A DNA stretch of 54,978 bases, taken from positions 1 to 54,978 of the forward strand of contig CBDBIJ010000012.1 of assembly GCA_965205655.1 (NCBI GenBank). Reading direction: 5' to 3'. This document shows, in pieces, positions 1 to 11,764 of this stretch (position 1 is its first letter; each line of letters opens with the position of its first letter). Under the pieces are notes generated by a model that did not search any database, was not told the origin of the DNA, and saw only the letters and a list, made by a program, of their open reading frames with translations. A program made the translations under genes and the position numbers. Origin of the DNA: Candidatus Latescibacterota bacterium (GTDB lineage Bacteria; Latescibacterota; UBA2968; UBA8231).

Positions 1-5
1 CAGTG

Positions 6-1369
6 GAGCTAGGGTCAAATGGTGTGTAAACGACTCAGGCGGCGATCTTCTTCCTTTGCGCGATGGGTGATCCGTTTTCGTAGCACTCCCCGGCGTAGAC
101 GTCAGCCATGAGATGCGGTGCATTGAGTCGCCGGAATCGTTTCTCGGCCACCATCAGTACCCGCCAAATGAGGGCGGTGGCATTGGCCACCTTCCTGTAT
201 CGTTTGGCCGCATTGGTTCGCAACCGTACCGAAGCGAAGGGACTTTCGACGACGTTGGTGGTGCGCAGGTGTTGCCAGTGGGCCTCGGGAAAGTCGTAGA
301 ATGTCACCATACGGTCCCAATCGTGCTCAAGGATATCGACGGCGTCTGGACACTCGCGGCGAAACCGTTTGGCGAATTGATCGCGACGTTTCGTCGCTTC
401 CTGACGGGTCGGCGCGTACGGGATCTGTGTCAGCAGGTGCCGCCCTTCGACCTGCACGCGTTTTGGCAGCTTATCCAGCACGTTCAGGATGCGGTGATTC
501 CAGCATCGCTGTTCAGCCGTCTCCGGCCAGACCTCTGCCAGGGCCGCCCAGATACCCAGGTGCCCATCCGCCACCAACAACTTCGCCACGCTCAGTCCGC
601 GGTCACGCAGATCGCGCAGTACGCCCGTCCACGACTCCTTCGATTCGCGATAGCCCGGGACAATCGTCAGGACTTCTTTGCGCCCATCGCTCATCGCGCC
701 GATGACCACCAGGAGAGCGGCTTTTTGCTTCTCGAGACCGGCTTTGACGTAGATCCCGTCCGCCCAGGCGTAGACGAGCTCGCGGTCATCCAGTCGTCGG
801 CTGCGCCAGGCGTTGTATTCGACGATCCACTTCTCACGCAAACGAGCGATCGAGGACGCCGACAAAGGCGCTCCCTTGCCCAGCAGGCCGCGCAGCGCCA
901 GCTCGAAGTCGCCCTGAGACAAACCGTGCAGGTAAAGCTCTGGCAGCAGCTGACCTGTTTCTTGGGTGCGCCGGGCGAACAGCGGCAGTACCGCACTCTC
1001 AAATCGCTCTTCCAGACCCCGCACCCGAGGGCGTTTCACCTCGATCGTGCCCGAGGTCAAGGACAGTCGCCGCCGCTTCCCGTACCCATTGCGGTAGCCG
1101 CCGGCTGCGTCCAACGGTGCCTGTCGCTCGTACCGTGACCGTCCCAGCGCATGGGTGACTTCTTCATCCAGAACCGACTGAATCTGCGAGCGTGTCCACT
1201 CTTCCAGCGTTTCGAACGTGGGCATGGACATTTCCGTCGTGCTCGGCTTAGGTTGTGCCATGGCGATTCTCCTCTTCCTGCCGGGATAGCCCCGGCGTTT
1301 GTGATGGCTAATTACAAAGGAAGGGTAGGGTCGCCGTCTGTCTATTTCCACACCTCCTGATTATAGCTC
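6..1369 (-). mobile_element. IS256-family insertion sequence (1364 bp)
   Basis: Imperfect 25-bp terminal IRs: GAGCTAGGGTCAAATGGTGTGTAAA (6-30) vs rc of 1345-1369 GAGCTATAATCAGGAGGTGTGGAAA. Left flank CAGTG (1-5) matches the end of AAATCAGTG (1370-1378), consistent with a 9-bp target duplication cut by the window edge. Confidence 0.9.
35..1261 (-). CDS. IS256-family (Mutator-type DDE) transposase
   Basis: Motifs YRNGY, WADGIYVK, LLVADGHLG, QRCWNH, LRTTNVVES. Start placed at ATG 1261 (MAQPKP), preceded by GGAAGAGGAG RBS, rather than 1351. Confidence 0.93.
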   Translation of the reverse strand: MAQPKPSTTEMSMPTFETLEEWTRSQIQSVLDEEVTHALGRSRYERQAPLDAAGGYRNGYGKRRRLSLTSGTIEVKRPRVRGLEERFESAVLPLFARRTQETGQLLPELYLHGLSQGDFELALRGLLGKGAPLSASSIARLREKWIVEYNAWRSRRLDDRELVYAWADGIYVKAGLEKQKAALLVVIGAMSDGRKEVLTIVPGYRESKESWTGVLRDLRDRGLSVAKLLVADGHLGIWAALAEVWPETAEQRCWNHRILNVLDKLPKRVQVEGRHLLTQIPYAPTRQEATKRRDQFAKRFRRECPDAVDILEHDWDRMVTFYDFPEAHWQHLRTTNVVESPFASVRLRTNAAKRYRKVANATALIWRVLMVAEKRFRRLNAPHLMADVYAGECYENGSPIAQRKKIAA

Positions 1370-1400
1370 AAATCAGTGCCTACACAAATCAGTGCCTACA
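1370..1400. repeat. 16-bp tandem duplication AAATCAGTGCCTACA(C) x2 between the IS end and the nqrE stop
   Basis: 1370-1385 AAATCAGTGCCTACAC; 1386-1400 AAATCAGTGCCTACA; the second copy contains the nqrE TAG. Confidence 0.9.
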
Positions 1401-2007
1401 GTTGTATTCCGGAGAAGGCCATGAAAGCCATGGCCATGAGCCCCACCGTCATGAAGGTGATGCCGAGCCCGCGGAGTCCGGGCGGCACGTCGCTGTAGCG
1501 CATTTTCTCGCGAATTCCGGCCAGGGCGACGATGGCGAGAGCCCAGCCCACACCCGAGCCGAGTCCGAAGACGACGCTCTCGCCGAAGGTATAGTCGCGC
1601 TCCACCATGAACAGCGAGCCACCGAGGATGGCGCAGTTCACGGTGATGAGAGGCAGGAAGATCCCGAGGGCGTTGTAGAGTGCCGGCACATACTTGTCGA
1701 GAAACATCTCGAGGATCTGCACGCTGGCGGCGATGACGCCGATGTAGCTGATGAGCCCCACGAAGGTCAGGTCGACATCGGTCAGCCCCGCCCAGGCCAG
1801 CGCATCCGCCTTGAGCAGATGGTGGTAGACGAGGTTGTTGAGCGGCACCGTGATTCCCTGCACCACCACCACTGCGATGCCGAGCCCGAATGCGGTCGGT
1901 ATGCGCTTCGACACCGCCAGGAAGGTGCACATCCCCAGGAAAAAGGCGAGGGCGATGTTTTCGACGAAAACCGCCTTGACGAAGAGGTTCAGGTAGGCTT
2001 CGAGCAT
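1396..2007 (-). CDS. nqrE: Na+-translocating NADH:quinone reductase subunit E
   Basis: [33 protein letters not shown]-terminal FMAFSGIQL; operon position. Confidence 0.97.
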   Translation of the reverse strand: MLEAYLNLFVKAVFVENIALAFFLGMCTFLAVSKRIPTAFGLGIAVVVVQGITVPLNNLVYHHLLKADALAWAGLTDVDLTFVGLISYIGVIAASVQILEMFLDKYVPALYNALGIFLPLITVNCAILGGSLFMVERDYTFGESVVFGLGSGVGWALAIVALAGIREKMRYSDVPPGLRGLGITFMTVGLMAMAFMAFSGIQL

Positions 2008-2011
2008 GGCG

Positions 2012-2635
2012 TCAGGCCTCCTCTTCGATCTGCTCTGTCTTGATCGTACGCAGAACCCAGATGAAGCCGCCGATGATGAAGAACGCGCTCGGCGGCAAAA
2101 GCATCAGTCCGTTCGGCACGTACCAGCCTCCCTCCGCGGCGAGGCTGAAGATCTCTGCGCCGAAGAACTTGCCGGAGCCGAAGAGCTCGCGCAGGACGCC
2201 CACGACCAGCAGGATAACGCTGTATCCGAGCGCGTTGCCGAGACCGTCCAGCATGCTCATCCCGACACCGTTCTTCATCGCATATGCCTCGGCCCGGCCC
2301 ATGACGATGCAGTTCGTGATGATCAACCCGACGAACACCGAAAGCTGCTTGCTCATCCCAAAGGCGTAGGCCCGCAGGAACTGGTCCACGACGATGACGA
2401 GGGAAGCGATGATCGTCATCTGGACGATGATGCGAATGTTGGTCGGAATGTGCCTGCGGATGAGGCTGACCGCCGCGTTCGAGCCCACAAGCACGAAGAT
2501 GACGGCCAGACACATGGTCACAGCCGTCTCCAGCTTGCTCGTCACCGCCAGGGCCGAGCAGATCCCCAGGATCTGAAGGGCGATGGGGTTGTCGTCCAGA
2601 ACCGGGGCGAGTAGTGTATCCCGCGCCTTACCCAT
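2012..2635 (-). CDS. nqrD: Na+-NQR subunit D
   Basis: [50 protein letters not shown]. Confidence 0.97.
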   Translation of the reverse strand: MGKARDTLLAPVLDDNPIALQILGICSALAVTSKLETAVTMCLAVIFVLVGSNAAVSLIRRHIPTNIRIIVQMTIIASLVIVVDQFLRAYAFGMSKQLSVFVGLIITNCIVMGRAEAYAMKNGVGMSMLDGLGNALGYSVILLVVGVLRELFGSGKFFGAEIFSLAAEGGWYVPNGLMLLPPSAFFIIGGFIWVLRTIKTEQIEEEA

Positions 2636-2639
2636 GAGC

Positions 2640-3410
2640 TTATCCCTCTGATTTCAGTCGAGCCAGATAGGGGCCGAAGCCCTCCTCGCTCAGCCAGTAG
2701 TGCAACATGTTTGTGACACCGCGCGAGGTGATCGTCGCCCCCGAGAGGCCGTCCACCTGGTAACTGGCAGAGGCGTTGGAGGGGTCGACCGGGCCTCGCA
2801 ATACGGTGATCGCGATGCGGCCGGCGGAGTCGAAGGCCTGCTTGCCGTTCCACAGCGCCTTCCACTGGGGATTGTCCACTTCGCCACCCAGTCCCGGCGT
2901 TTCTCCGTGCTCGTAGTAGACGAGGCTGCGGATCGTTGTCAGGTCTTCCACGTCGAGTGCCAAAAAGCCGTAGAGCGTCGACCACAGGCCCTTTCCGTGC
3001 ACGGGCAGGATAACCTTGTCGACCTCTCCGCCCTTGAGCACCAGATAAACAGAGGCGTGGTTGGCGCGACGCCTGATGCCGCCGCTGTCCTTGGCCAGCG
3101 GAATCGACATGGATTGGGTCAGATCCTTCGCCGCTCTTCGCTGGTCGTACTCCTCGGGATCGATCCCCTCCACGTATTCGCCAGTGGCCAGATCCACCAC
3201 CTTGGCTTCGATGCTCTCGAACAGCTGATCGATATCAGCGCCCTCCGTGTAGAGCCCCGCGGCCTGGAGAATGTTCCGCTTTTTGTCGAGAAGCTTGTTG
3301 ACGGCCTGCGTGGGGCGCAGGACGACAGCGGCGCTCGACACGAGCACGGAGCACACGACGCACAGCAGCGCTGCCACTGTGAATGTCCTGCCGATCGTGT
3401 CCCTCGGCAT
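2640..3410 (-). CDS. nqrC: Na+-NQR subunit C
   Basis: C-terminal part of the 700-aa ORF from [10 protein letters not shown] (ATG 3410, overlapping the nqrB stop); [24 protein letters not shown] motif [11 protein letters not shown]. Confidence 0.96.
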   Translation of the reverse strand: MPRDTIGRTFTVAALLCVVCSVLVSSAAVVLRPTQAVNKLLDKKRNILQAAGLYTEGADIDQLFESIEAKVVDLATGEYVEGIDPEEYDQRRAAKDLTQSMSIPLAKDSGGIRRRANHASVYLVLKGGEVDKVILPVHGKGLWSTLYGFLALDVEDLTTIRSLVYYEHGETPGLGGEVDNPQWKALWNGKQAFDSAGRIAITVLRGPVDPSNASASYQVDGLSGATITSRGVTNMLHYWLSEEGFGPYLARLKSEG

Positions 3411-4627
3411 TATGACACCGCCGTGCGCAGCATGCGACGCTTGATGTTGGCCTGCACCACGAAGTAGTCGATCACCGGAGCGAAGACATTGCCAAAGAGG
3501 ATGGCCAGCATCACACCCTCCGGAAAAGCCGGATTCACCACCCGGATGAGGATGGTCATGAATCCGATGAGAGCGCCGTAGAACCATTTCCCCCTGTTCG
3601 TGAAGGCGGCGGACACCGGATCGGTGGCCATGTAGACACACCCGAAGGCGAACCCGCCCAGGAGCAGGTGCCACGCCGGGCTCATAGCGAACATGTGGTT
3701 CGTCGTGCTGTCCACCGTATGGAGGAGGGCCGCCAGGGCGAAGGTGCTCACCGTCATGGCGACCATGATGCGCCACGAGCCGATGTCGGTGGCGATGAGC
3801 AGGGCAGCGCCGATCAGACAGGCGAGGGCTGAGGTCTCTCCCATCGAACCTGGAATCACGCCCAGGAAGGCGTCCATCATCGTCATTCCGGTTGCGCTCA
3901 TCGCCTCGATGCCCTCGGCGGGCACCAGTCCCAGAGGTGTGGCGTAGGAGTAGCCGTCGGCGGCGACCCAGACTTTGTCGCCGGTGATCTCCACAGGGTA
4001 GGCGAAGTAGAGGAAAGCGCGAGCCGTCAGCGCCGGGTTCAGAAAGTTCTTGCCCGTTCCCCCGAAGATCTCCTTGCCGATGACGACGCCGAAGCTGATG
4101 CCGATGGCGACCTGCCACAGAGGAATTGTCGGCGGCAGGGTTAGCGGGAACAGCATGCCCGTCACCAGAAAGCCCTCGTTGATCTCGTGGCGTCGGACGA
4201 TGGAGAAGAGCGCCTCCCAGAACCCTCCGGCGATCTGGCAAACGATAAAGACCGGCAGAAAGTAGAGAGCGCCGTGAAAGATGTTGGCGAGGAAACTGTG
4301 CGGGTTGTAGCCGATTTCCATGACGTCGATGACGACCCCACGCCAACCTCCCGCGGTGTCCACCCCCATGCTGGCCAGAGCCAGATTGGCCTGGTACCCG
4401 GTGTTCCACATGGCCATGAAGATGCAGGGAGCGAGGGCGCCGACCACCATGATCATCATCCGCTTCAGGTCGAGGCCGTCTCTGACATGTGCGGCGCCGC
4501 GCGTCGTCTCTCCCGGAGTGTACATGAAGGTGTCGGCCATCTCGTACACCGGGTAGAGCCGTTCGAGCTTGCCGCCTGGTTTGAACAGGGGCTCGGCCGT
4601 ATCGAGGGCGGATCGCAGCAGCTTCAC
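3410..4627 (-). CDS. nqrB: Na+-NQR subunit B
   Basis: [31 protein letters not shown] site [26 protein letters not shown] start. Confidence 0.97.
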   Translation of the reverse strand: MKLLRSALDTAEPLFKPGGKLERLYPVYEMADTFMYTPGETTRGAAHVRDGLDLKRMMIMVVGALAPCIFMAMWNTGYQANLALASMGVDTAGGWRGVVIDVMEIGYNPHSFLANIFHGALYFLPVFIVCQIAGGFWEALFSIVRRHEINEGFLVTGMLFPLTLPPTIPLWQVAIGISFGVVIGKEIFGGTGKNFLNPALTARAFLYFAYPVEITGDKVWVAADGYSYATPLGLVPAEGIEAMSATGMTMMDAFLGVIPGSMGETSALACLIGAALLIATDIGSWRIMVAMTVSTFALAALLHTVDSTTNHMFAMSPAWHLLLGGFAFGCVYMATDPVSAAFTNRGKWFYGALIGFMTILIRVVNPAFPEGVMLAILFGNVFAPVIDYFVVQANIKRRMLRTAVS

Positions 4628-6004
<1,377 letters not shown>

Positions 6005-6077
6005 TCAGACCTGCGCGGATATGGTCCGCACGCGGATGGTCCGTATCCACGCGACATATAAACATCGTAAGTTCCGT

Positions 6078-6106
6078 AGATTAGCGCAGTTCTGGCCGAC
6101 TGTCAA
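6078..6106 (-). promoter_or_regulatory. Putative sigma70 promoter of the nqr operon
   Basis: Minus strand TTGACA (6106-6101), 17-nt spacer, TAATCT (6083-6078), about 90 nt upstream of nqrA. Confidence 0.55.
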
Positions 6107-6270
6107 GCTGAATCGCGGCGCCTTTTTGAGGTCCTGACGGCGGCTGAATCCCCGGCTTGGAACCGACTCGATCCCGGCTTCGAAGGACCCCTTCCAGCGC
6201 GGTGTCTACACCGTAAACGCACGCCACTTTACCGACCACCCAACCCCAACCGCAGCAGAAGAAGTAGCTA

Positions 6271-8145
6271 ATGACTATGACAAAGAATTTCGCCTCCATC
6301 GCCGCCGCTGCGCTGACGATCGTCCTGCCGCTGCAATCATCAGCCGCGGGGGATTCCAAGCCATATCGCCTGCCCACTGTATACGTCAGCGCTTCCCGCA
6401 TTCCCGACACGCTCGGCGCTGTGGGTCGCAACGTCGTCATCCTGGACCGCCAGGAGATCGAACGCCGGGCGGCGGTCAGCATTGCCGATCTGCTCGACGG
6501 CCTGCCGGGTGTCGACGCGCGCAGCCGCGGACCCTTCGGCGTGCAGACGGACCTCGAAGTCGCCGGAGCCACCTTCAGCCAGGTGCTCCTCATGATAGAC
6601 GGCGTCCGCGTCAACGACCCCCAGACCGGGCACCACAACCTCAACCTTCCCATAGAGCCGGGTGATCTCGAAAGGGTGGAAGTCGTCTACGGCGCCGGCT
6701 CGTCCGTGCACGGACCCGACGCCTTCGGCGCCGTCATCAATCTCGTGCCCCTCCGCGAAACCGCGACCCGGCTCGATCTCGGCAGCTACTGGGGCCGCGC
6801 TCTCGACGGCGATGGCGTGGCCGGAGTGGGCACCGACGCCGCCATTCGCCATGGCTGGAGCGGCGATTGGGGTCGGATCTTGGTTTCGGCCGCCAAGCGC
6901 CGGTCCGACGGGTACCGCGTCAACACCAACTTCGACATCGATCGCGTCTTCGTCGTGGCGAGCAAGCGAGTACGGAACGGGGAATTGAGCCTGCAGGCAG
7001 GGGTTCAGGATAAAGTGTTCGGCGCCCAGGACTTTTACGGCGCGCCGTCGAAGGAGTGGACCAACGGCAGGTTTTTCAGCGCTCAGTACCGCCAATCGCC
7101 GTCGTCCGCACGATCGGCATTGTCTGCCAGAAACGTGGTGGCGCGCGCCTACTACCGGCGCCACCGCGACCGCTTCGTCCTCCTGATTCAGGATCCCGCC
7201 TTCTACGAGAACCGGCACGTCAGCGAGCGCGCCGGAGCCGAAGGGTACGTCACTCTCGTTTCTGGAGCGTGGGGCTCCATCCTCGCCGGCGCCGAGGTTG
7301 TGGGAGAGAGTATCGACAGTCGCAACCTCAACTCCCCTCGCTTCCGCGGCCTCGGCGAACATGGCCGCTGGCGCCGGGCCTTCTTTTCGGAGTACGGCGG
7401 AAACCTCGATAACTGGGCTTTCAGGGCAGGGTTGCGTTTCGATCGCCACGAGCACCTCGACTGGGTGACCTCCCCGTCGCTCGGCACAAGCTACACCTGG
7501 CGCGGCAATCGTGTCTTCGGTTCGGTGGCGCGCGCCTTCAGGGCGCCATCCTTCACCGAGTTCTACTACGAGGACACGAGAAACCGGGGCAATCCGGCCC
7601 TGGAGGCGGAACAGGGATGGTCATACGAAGCCGGAGTCCAGGTGCGACCCGTGAAAGGGGCGCACCTCCGAACATCCGCTTTCGCCCGCTACGAGAACGA
7701 CCTCGTCGACTACGTGCGTCCCGACACGACGGTGCAGTGGGCGGCCACGAATCTCGGTGAGATGCGAACGCTCGGTTTTCAGGTTCAAGCCGAGCGATCC
7801 TGGCCGCACTTGAGGCCACAGCTGAACTACACCTGGGTGGACAAGGAGCAGACCCTCGAGGAGGGGTTCCTGTCCAAGTACGTCTTCACCCATCCCACCC
7901 ATCAGCTGACACTGCGGCTCGATCACGCGGTGATGGCCGGCATCGACGCCGGCTGGCAGCTGCAATTGAGGGAACGCTCGCGGCTCGAAGACTACACCGT
8001 CGTCGACCTGGTGCTGTCGCGCCCCTTTTCCTATGGTCGTTCCCTGTTGCGGGTGCGCAATGTGACTGACGAGAAGTACGAAGCGGTGGAGGGCGTGCCC
8101 ATGCCTGGTCGTTGGTTCGGGTTAGAAACGCAGATCGACCTGTAG
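6271..8145 (+). CDS. TonB-dependent receptor (plug + beta-barrel)
   Basis: Signal peptide, TonB-box-like PTVYVSASR, plug LLMIDGVRVNDPQTGH / LERVEVVYGAGSSVHGPDAFGAVIN, RAFRAPSFTE, C-terminal RNVTDEKY..PMPGRWF. Substrate unknown. Confidence 0.92.
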   Translation: MTMTKNFASIAAAALTIVLPLQSSAAGDSKPYRLPTVYVSASRIPDTLGAVGRNVVILDRQEIERRAAVSIADLLDGLPGVDARSRGPFGVQTDLEVAGATFSQVLLMIDGVRVNDPQTGHHNLNLPIEPGDLERVEVVYGAGSSVHGPDAFGAVINLVPLRETATRLDLGSYWGRALDGDGVAGVGTDAAIRHGWSGDWGRILVSAAKRRSDGYRVNTNFDIDRVFVVASKRVRNGELSLQAGVQDKVFGAQDFYGAPSKEWTNGRFFSAQYRQSPSSARSALSARNVVARAYYRRHRDRFVLLIQDPAFYENRHVSERAGAEGYVTLVSGAWGSILAGAEVVGESIDSRNLNSPRFRGLGEHGRWRRAFFSEYGGNLDNWAFRAGLRFDRHEHLDWVTSPSLGTSYTWRGNRVFGSVARAFRAPSFTEFYYEDTRNRGNPALEAEQGWSYEAGVQVRPVKGAHLRTSAFARYENDLVDYVRPDTTVQWAATNLGEMRTLGFQVQAERSWPHLRPQLNYTWVDKEQTLEEGFLSKYVFTHPTHQLTLRLDHAVMAGIDAGWQLQLRERSRLEDYTVVDLVLSRPFSYGRSLLRVRNVTDEKYEAVEGVPMPGRWFGLETQIDL

Positions 8146-8156
8146 GTATCGCGGAT

Positions 8157-9614
8157 ATGACGGAGAGCAGCTGGATGCAGGATCAGCTGGCGACGCTGGA
8201 CACTCTTTTCGGGGAGTCCGTCAAGCTCCTCGATCTGTTTCTGTTCGCCGACTTCGGCACCGGCATTCCGCTGGTGGTCGCCATCCTCTTCCTCGGCGGC
8301 ATCTACTACAGTTTCTTCTTTCGCTGGCTCTCAGTGCGCGGCTTCAAGCACTCCATCGACGTCATTCGCGGCCGCTACGACGATCCGGACGACCCGGGCG
8401 AAATTTCCCACTTCCAGGCCCTCTCGAGCGCCCTGTCGGCGACCATCGGGCTCGGCAACATCGCCGGCGTCGCCATCGCCGTCAGCGTCGGCGGGCCCGG
8501 CGCCGTTTTCTGGATGGTCCTCACCGCGATCTTCGGCATGTCTTCCAAGCTCGCCTCCTGCACGCTGGCCGTCATGTACCGGCAAATCCACCCCGACGGC
8601 CGTGTTTCCGGCGGGCCGATGTACTACCTGGAGAATGGCCTGGCGTCGAAGGGACTCAAGCAATTCGGCCGCACCCTCGCCGTCGTCTTCGCCTTCCTCA
8701 CGATCGGCGGCAGCCTCGGCGGCGGCAACATGTTCCAGGCCAACCAGACGTTGGAAATCCTCGGCACGGTGTCGCCGGTGTTCGTGGACTACAACTGGCT
8801 CGTCGGGCTGGTCATGGCCTTCTGCGTCGGTCTCGTCATCATCGGCGGCATTCGCCGCATCGGCCTGGTCGCCTCCCGTATCGTGCCCTTCATGTGCGTG
8901 CTCTACGTCATCAGCTCACTGCTCATCATCCTCACCAATGTCACTCAGGTACCAGCCATGATCGCCACCATCATCTCGCAGGCCTTCACCGGCCCGGCGA
9001 TGTACGGCGGCTTCATCGGCGTCCTCGTGTGGGGCATCAAGCGGGCGGCATTCTCGAACGAGGCGGGCCTCGGCTCCGCCGCATTCGCCCACGCCGCCGC
9101 CCGCACCAGTGAGCCGGCGCGGGAGGGGATCGTCGCCATGATCGGTCCCTTCATCGACACCATCGTCGTCTGCATGATGACGGCCATGGTCTGTATGCTC
9201 ACCGGGGTGTACGCAGATCCTCAGTTCCAGGCCTCGCAGGGTTTCCTCGCCGGCACCAGAATGACCGCAGCCGCCTTCGAGACCTTCGTGCCCGGCGCCC
9301 GCTATGTCCTGGCCGTGGCCGTCATGCTCTTCGCCTACTCCACCATGGTGTCGTGGTCCTACTACGGCGAGCGGGCCTGGGAATACCTCTTCGGCCAGGC
9401 TACGGTGATCATTTTCCGCATCATCTTCGTCATCTTCGTCTTCCTGGGTTCAGTAACCGCCCTGGGCAACGTCGTCGACTTCTCCGACATGATGATCCTC
9501 GGCATGGCCTTCCCCAACATCATCGGCGGAATCATCCTCAGCCCCCAGATCAAAGCCTGTCTCGAGGACTACTGGAACCGCCTGCAACGGGGGGAATTCA
9601 AGCGCTACAAGTAG
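8157..9614 (+). CDS. Alanine/glycine:cation symporter (AGCS family)
   Basis: ISHFQALSSALSATIGLGNIAGVA, GGPMYYL, GGGNMFQANQ, AAFSNEAGLGSA; start at ATG 8157 after the TonB receptor stop. Confidence 0.95.
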   Translation: MTESSWMQDQLATLDTLFGESVKLLDLFLFADFGTGIPLVVAILFLGGIYYSFFFRWLSVRGFKHSIDVIRGRYDDPDDPGEISHFQALSSALSATIGLGNIAGVAIAVSVGGPGAVFWMVLTAIFGMSSKLASCTLAVMYRQIHPDGRVSGGPMYYLENGLASKGLKQFGRTLAVVFAFLTIGGSLGGGNMFQANQTLEILGTVSPVFVDYNWLVGLVMAFCVGLVIIGGIRRIGLVASRIVPFMCVLYVISSLLIILTNVTQVPAMIATIISQAFTGPAMYGGFIGVLVWGIKRAAFSNEAGLGSAAFAHAAARTSEPAREGIVAMIGPFIDTIVVCMMTAMVCMLTGVYADPQFQASQGFLAGTRMTAAAFETFVPGARYVLAVAVMLFAYSTMVSWSYYGERAWEYLFGQATVIIFRIIFVIFVFLGSVTALGNVVDFSDMMILGMAFPNIIGGIILSPQIKACLEDYWNRLQRGEFKRYK

Positions 9615-9618
9615 CGGG

Positions 9619-11398
9619 TCAATCTCTGAATATCTCTTCGATCACCAGGTCGGAAAAACTCTGCATCCAGTCGTCCACCGACACCGTCTCGGGCTGCTGG
9701 CGCATGTGCAGACTTGCAAAAAAAGGCGAACCGACTCAAGCCGAAGGTCACCGTCGTCACCTCGCCGCCGACAAGGACGACCTCGAGCTGATCGCTCTTG
9801 CCACGGTACTGAAGTTCCACCCACAGAGGACCTGCCGTCAGGTTGTGGAGAAGCAACCCGTTGGGCTCTTCGTCGTAGATGCTGAGCGCATAGCCCCCGT
9901 CCAGTGTGAGTCGGAACCCGCCCTCGCCCAGGGCCGAGCCAAGCGGTGACGGCAGCATCGCCATCGAAGCGTCGATGGCCACTCCGTCGAGCTCCAGCCA
10001 CTCGACGGGGGGCTGTTTGTCTTCACTCGACTCTGACTCCGCGTAGCCCGGCAGCTGACCGGGACCGGAGTCGTCGACGAGCACGGCCGGCCGCGTCGTC
10101 TCCCACGCTGGCCGGGCCCTCTTCGTCGTCACCCCCCGAGGGCGGGTGAGCGCGTAGACGACGACATTCGTTGCGGCCATCAGGAACGGCTCGCTGCCTT
10201 CGTCGGTTTGCTCCGGCGCCCCGGCACTCGATGCCGAGTCGTCAGCTGTGTCGAAGCTGTTACTCCACTGCTCGAACATCCCCAGGTCGCTGAGCACGGC
10301 CACGAGCTCTCCGCCGAACTCGACACCCCACAGTCCGACCGGGGGTGCGGTTTCTTCTTCGTCGACGGCGTCGACGCGCCTGCGACCCGGGTAGTCCCAG
10401 CGGCTCGAACCGGGTCCAACCTCTTCGAGCCTGGCAAAACGCGCCTTGACGCTGCCGTCCTCCGAGGGAAAGCCCCCGTCGAACTCGAAGTATGAGTGGT
10501 AGATCGGATGAGAGACCGGAATCGGCATGAGTCGCGCCTCGCGGCCGACGGTTTCTTCGATTTGATCCGCCATCTCGGCCAGGAACCGATAGCTTCTTTC
10601 GACGAACAGGAATCCGCCCTCACGCAGATATCGCCCCAGCATAACCCTCTCCTCATCGCTGAAGCGGGTCCTGGCATCGGAGCTGTAGGCGGTGAGGCCG
10701 CCGCCTTCGAAGAGGAAGTGGACGGGGTCTTTGAGCAGCTCTTGAGACGTGAAGTCGTCGTAGATCCTCGGCCTGAGCTGAACGAGAAGCTGGGTGTGGT
10801 CTGTCATATAGCGAGCCAGGGCGTCGAGGGCGGACGAGGCTGCCGAGCCGGCTCCGTAGACGCGCACTCTCGTCATGTTGAGGAACCCTCTCAGCCGGCG
10901 ACGGCTGGATTTGTCCACGAGGACCGCCGCTCTGTACGCGTCGGCGCGAGCCAGATCCTCGATACGGAGCAGATCGAACGCCTGACCGCGACCGACGGTG
11001 TCGCTCCAACCAAACTCGGCGGGGGAGGGCATTACCTCGCGGGCGAGCTCGGGCTCCTCCCCCCGCTGCGCCACCTCGACCAGGCGCAGAGCAGTCGGGC
11101 ATTCCGGCAACTCGATTTTGGGGACCGGCGGCCGCCACACCTGCTCGTCCGCGGGTAGCGCCGGCTCGGCCGTGGAAGGCAGGTATTTCAAATCCAGGTG
11201 CGGCAAGTCGCGCGGCCGGGACGCCACCAGCCGCTGCGGTTCGAACCGCGGACGGATGGCGAGCCGGGCGCGAAAGGCCTCCGACTCCTCGGCCTCGCGT
11301 CGCAGATTCCCGATGATGGTGATTCCGAGAATGTGAAGGAGTGTGGAGGCGGCTAACCCGAGCCACAGAGCCCGGTTGCGCCGACGTGTCGCAGCCAT
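9619..11398 (-). CDS. DUF4159-domain membrane-anchored protein (apparent +1 frameshift in an A7 run near 9720)
   Basis: N-terminal TM (ALWLGLAASTLLHILG); FSDEERVMLGRYLREGGFLFVE and IPVSHPIYHSYFEF resemble DUF4159. Removing one base of the A7 run gives C-terminal FAFFASLHMRQQPETVSVDDWMQSFSDLVIEEIFRD* ending at 9619, which removes the overlap with the symporter gene. Confidence 0.7.
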
Positions 11399-11764
11399 TT
11401 TGTCTGTCGAATGCGAGCGGGAGATTCGCTGTCTGCTCAGACTGTAGGAAGCGATACAGGGTTTCAACCCGGCATCAGCATCTCAATTTGTTTTCAATAT
11501 AAGCCCAATAAAAACAACTACCAGCGTGCAGGAGGGGTATTCGCGTAGCCGGCTCCGCGGCGGCGGTTCATGGCCTTTCTGCCACCGCCTGCTCGACCCG
11601 GCGTCGCCCCGACCTCGGCGGCAGCTTATATTCACTATTCACTCACCACCTGCACCTGCCCGTCAACTTCTGTCAATCTCGACGGGCTCCAATGCTCCCC
11701 GGACCCTGAGCAGTCCCAGGGAGAGGACTGCGCAACGCTTTCATGCTGTAAGAGAGGCCTCTAT

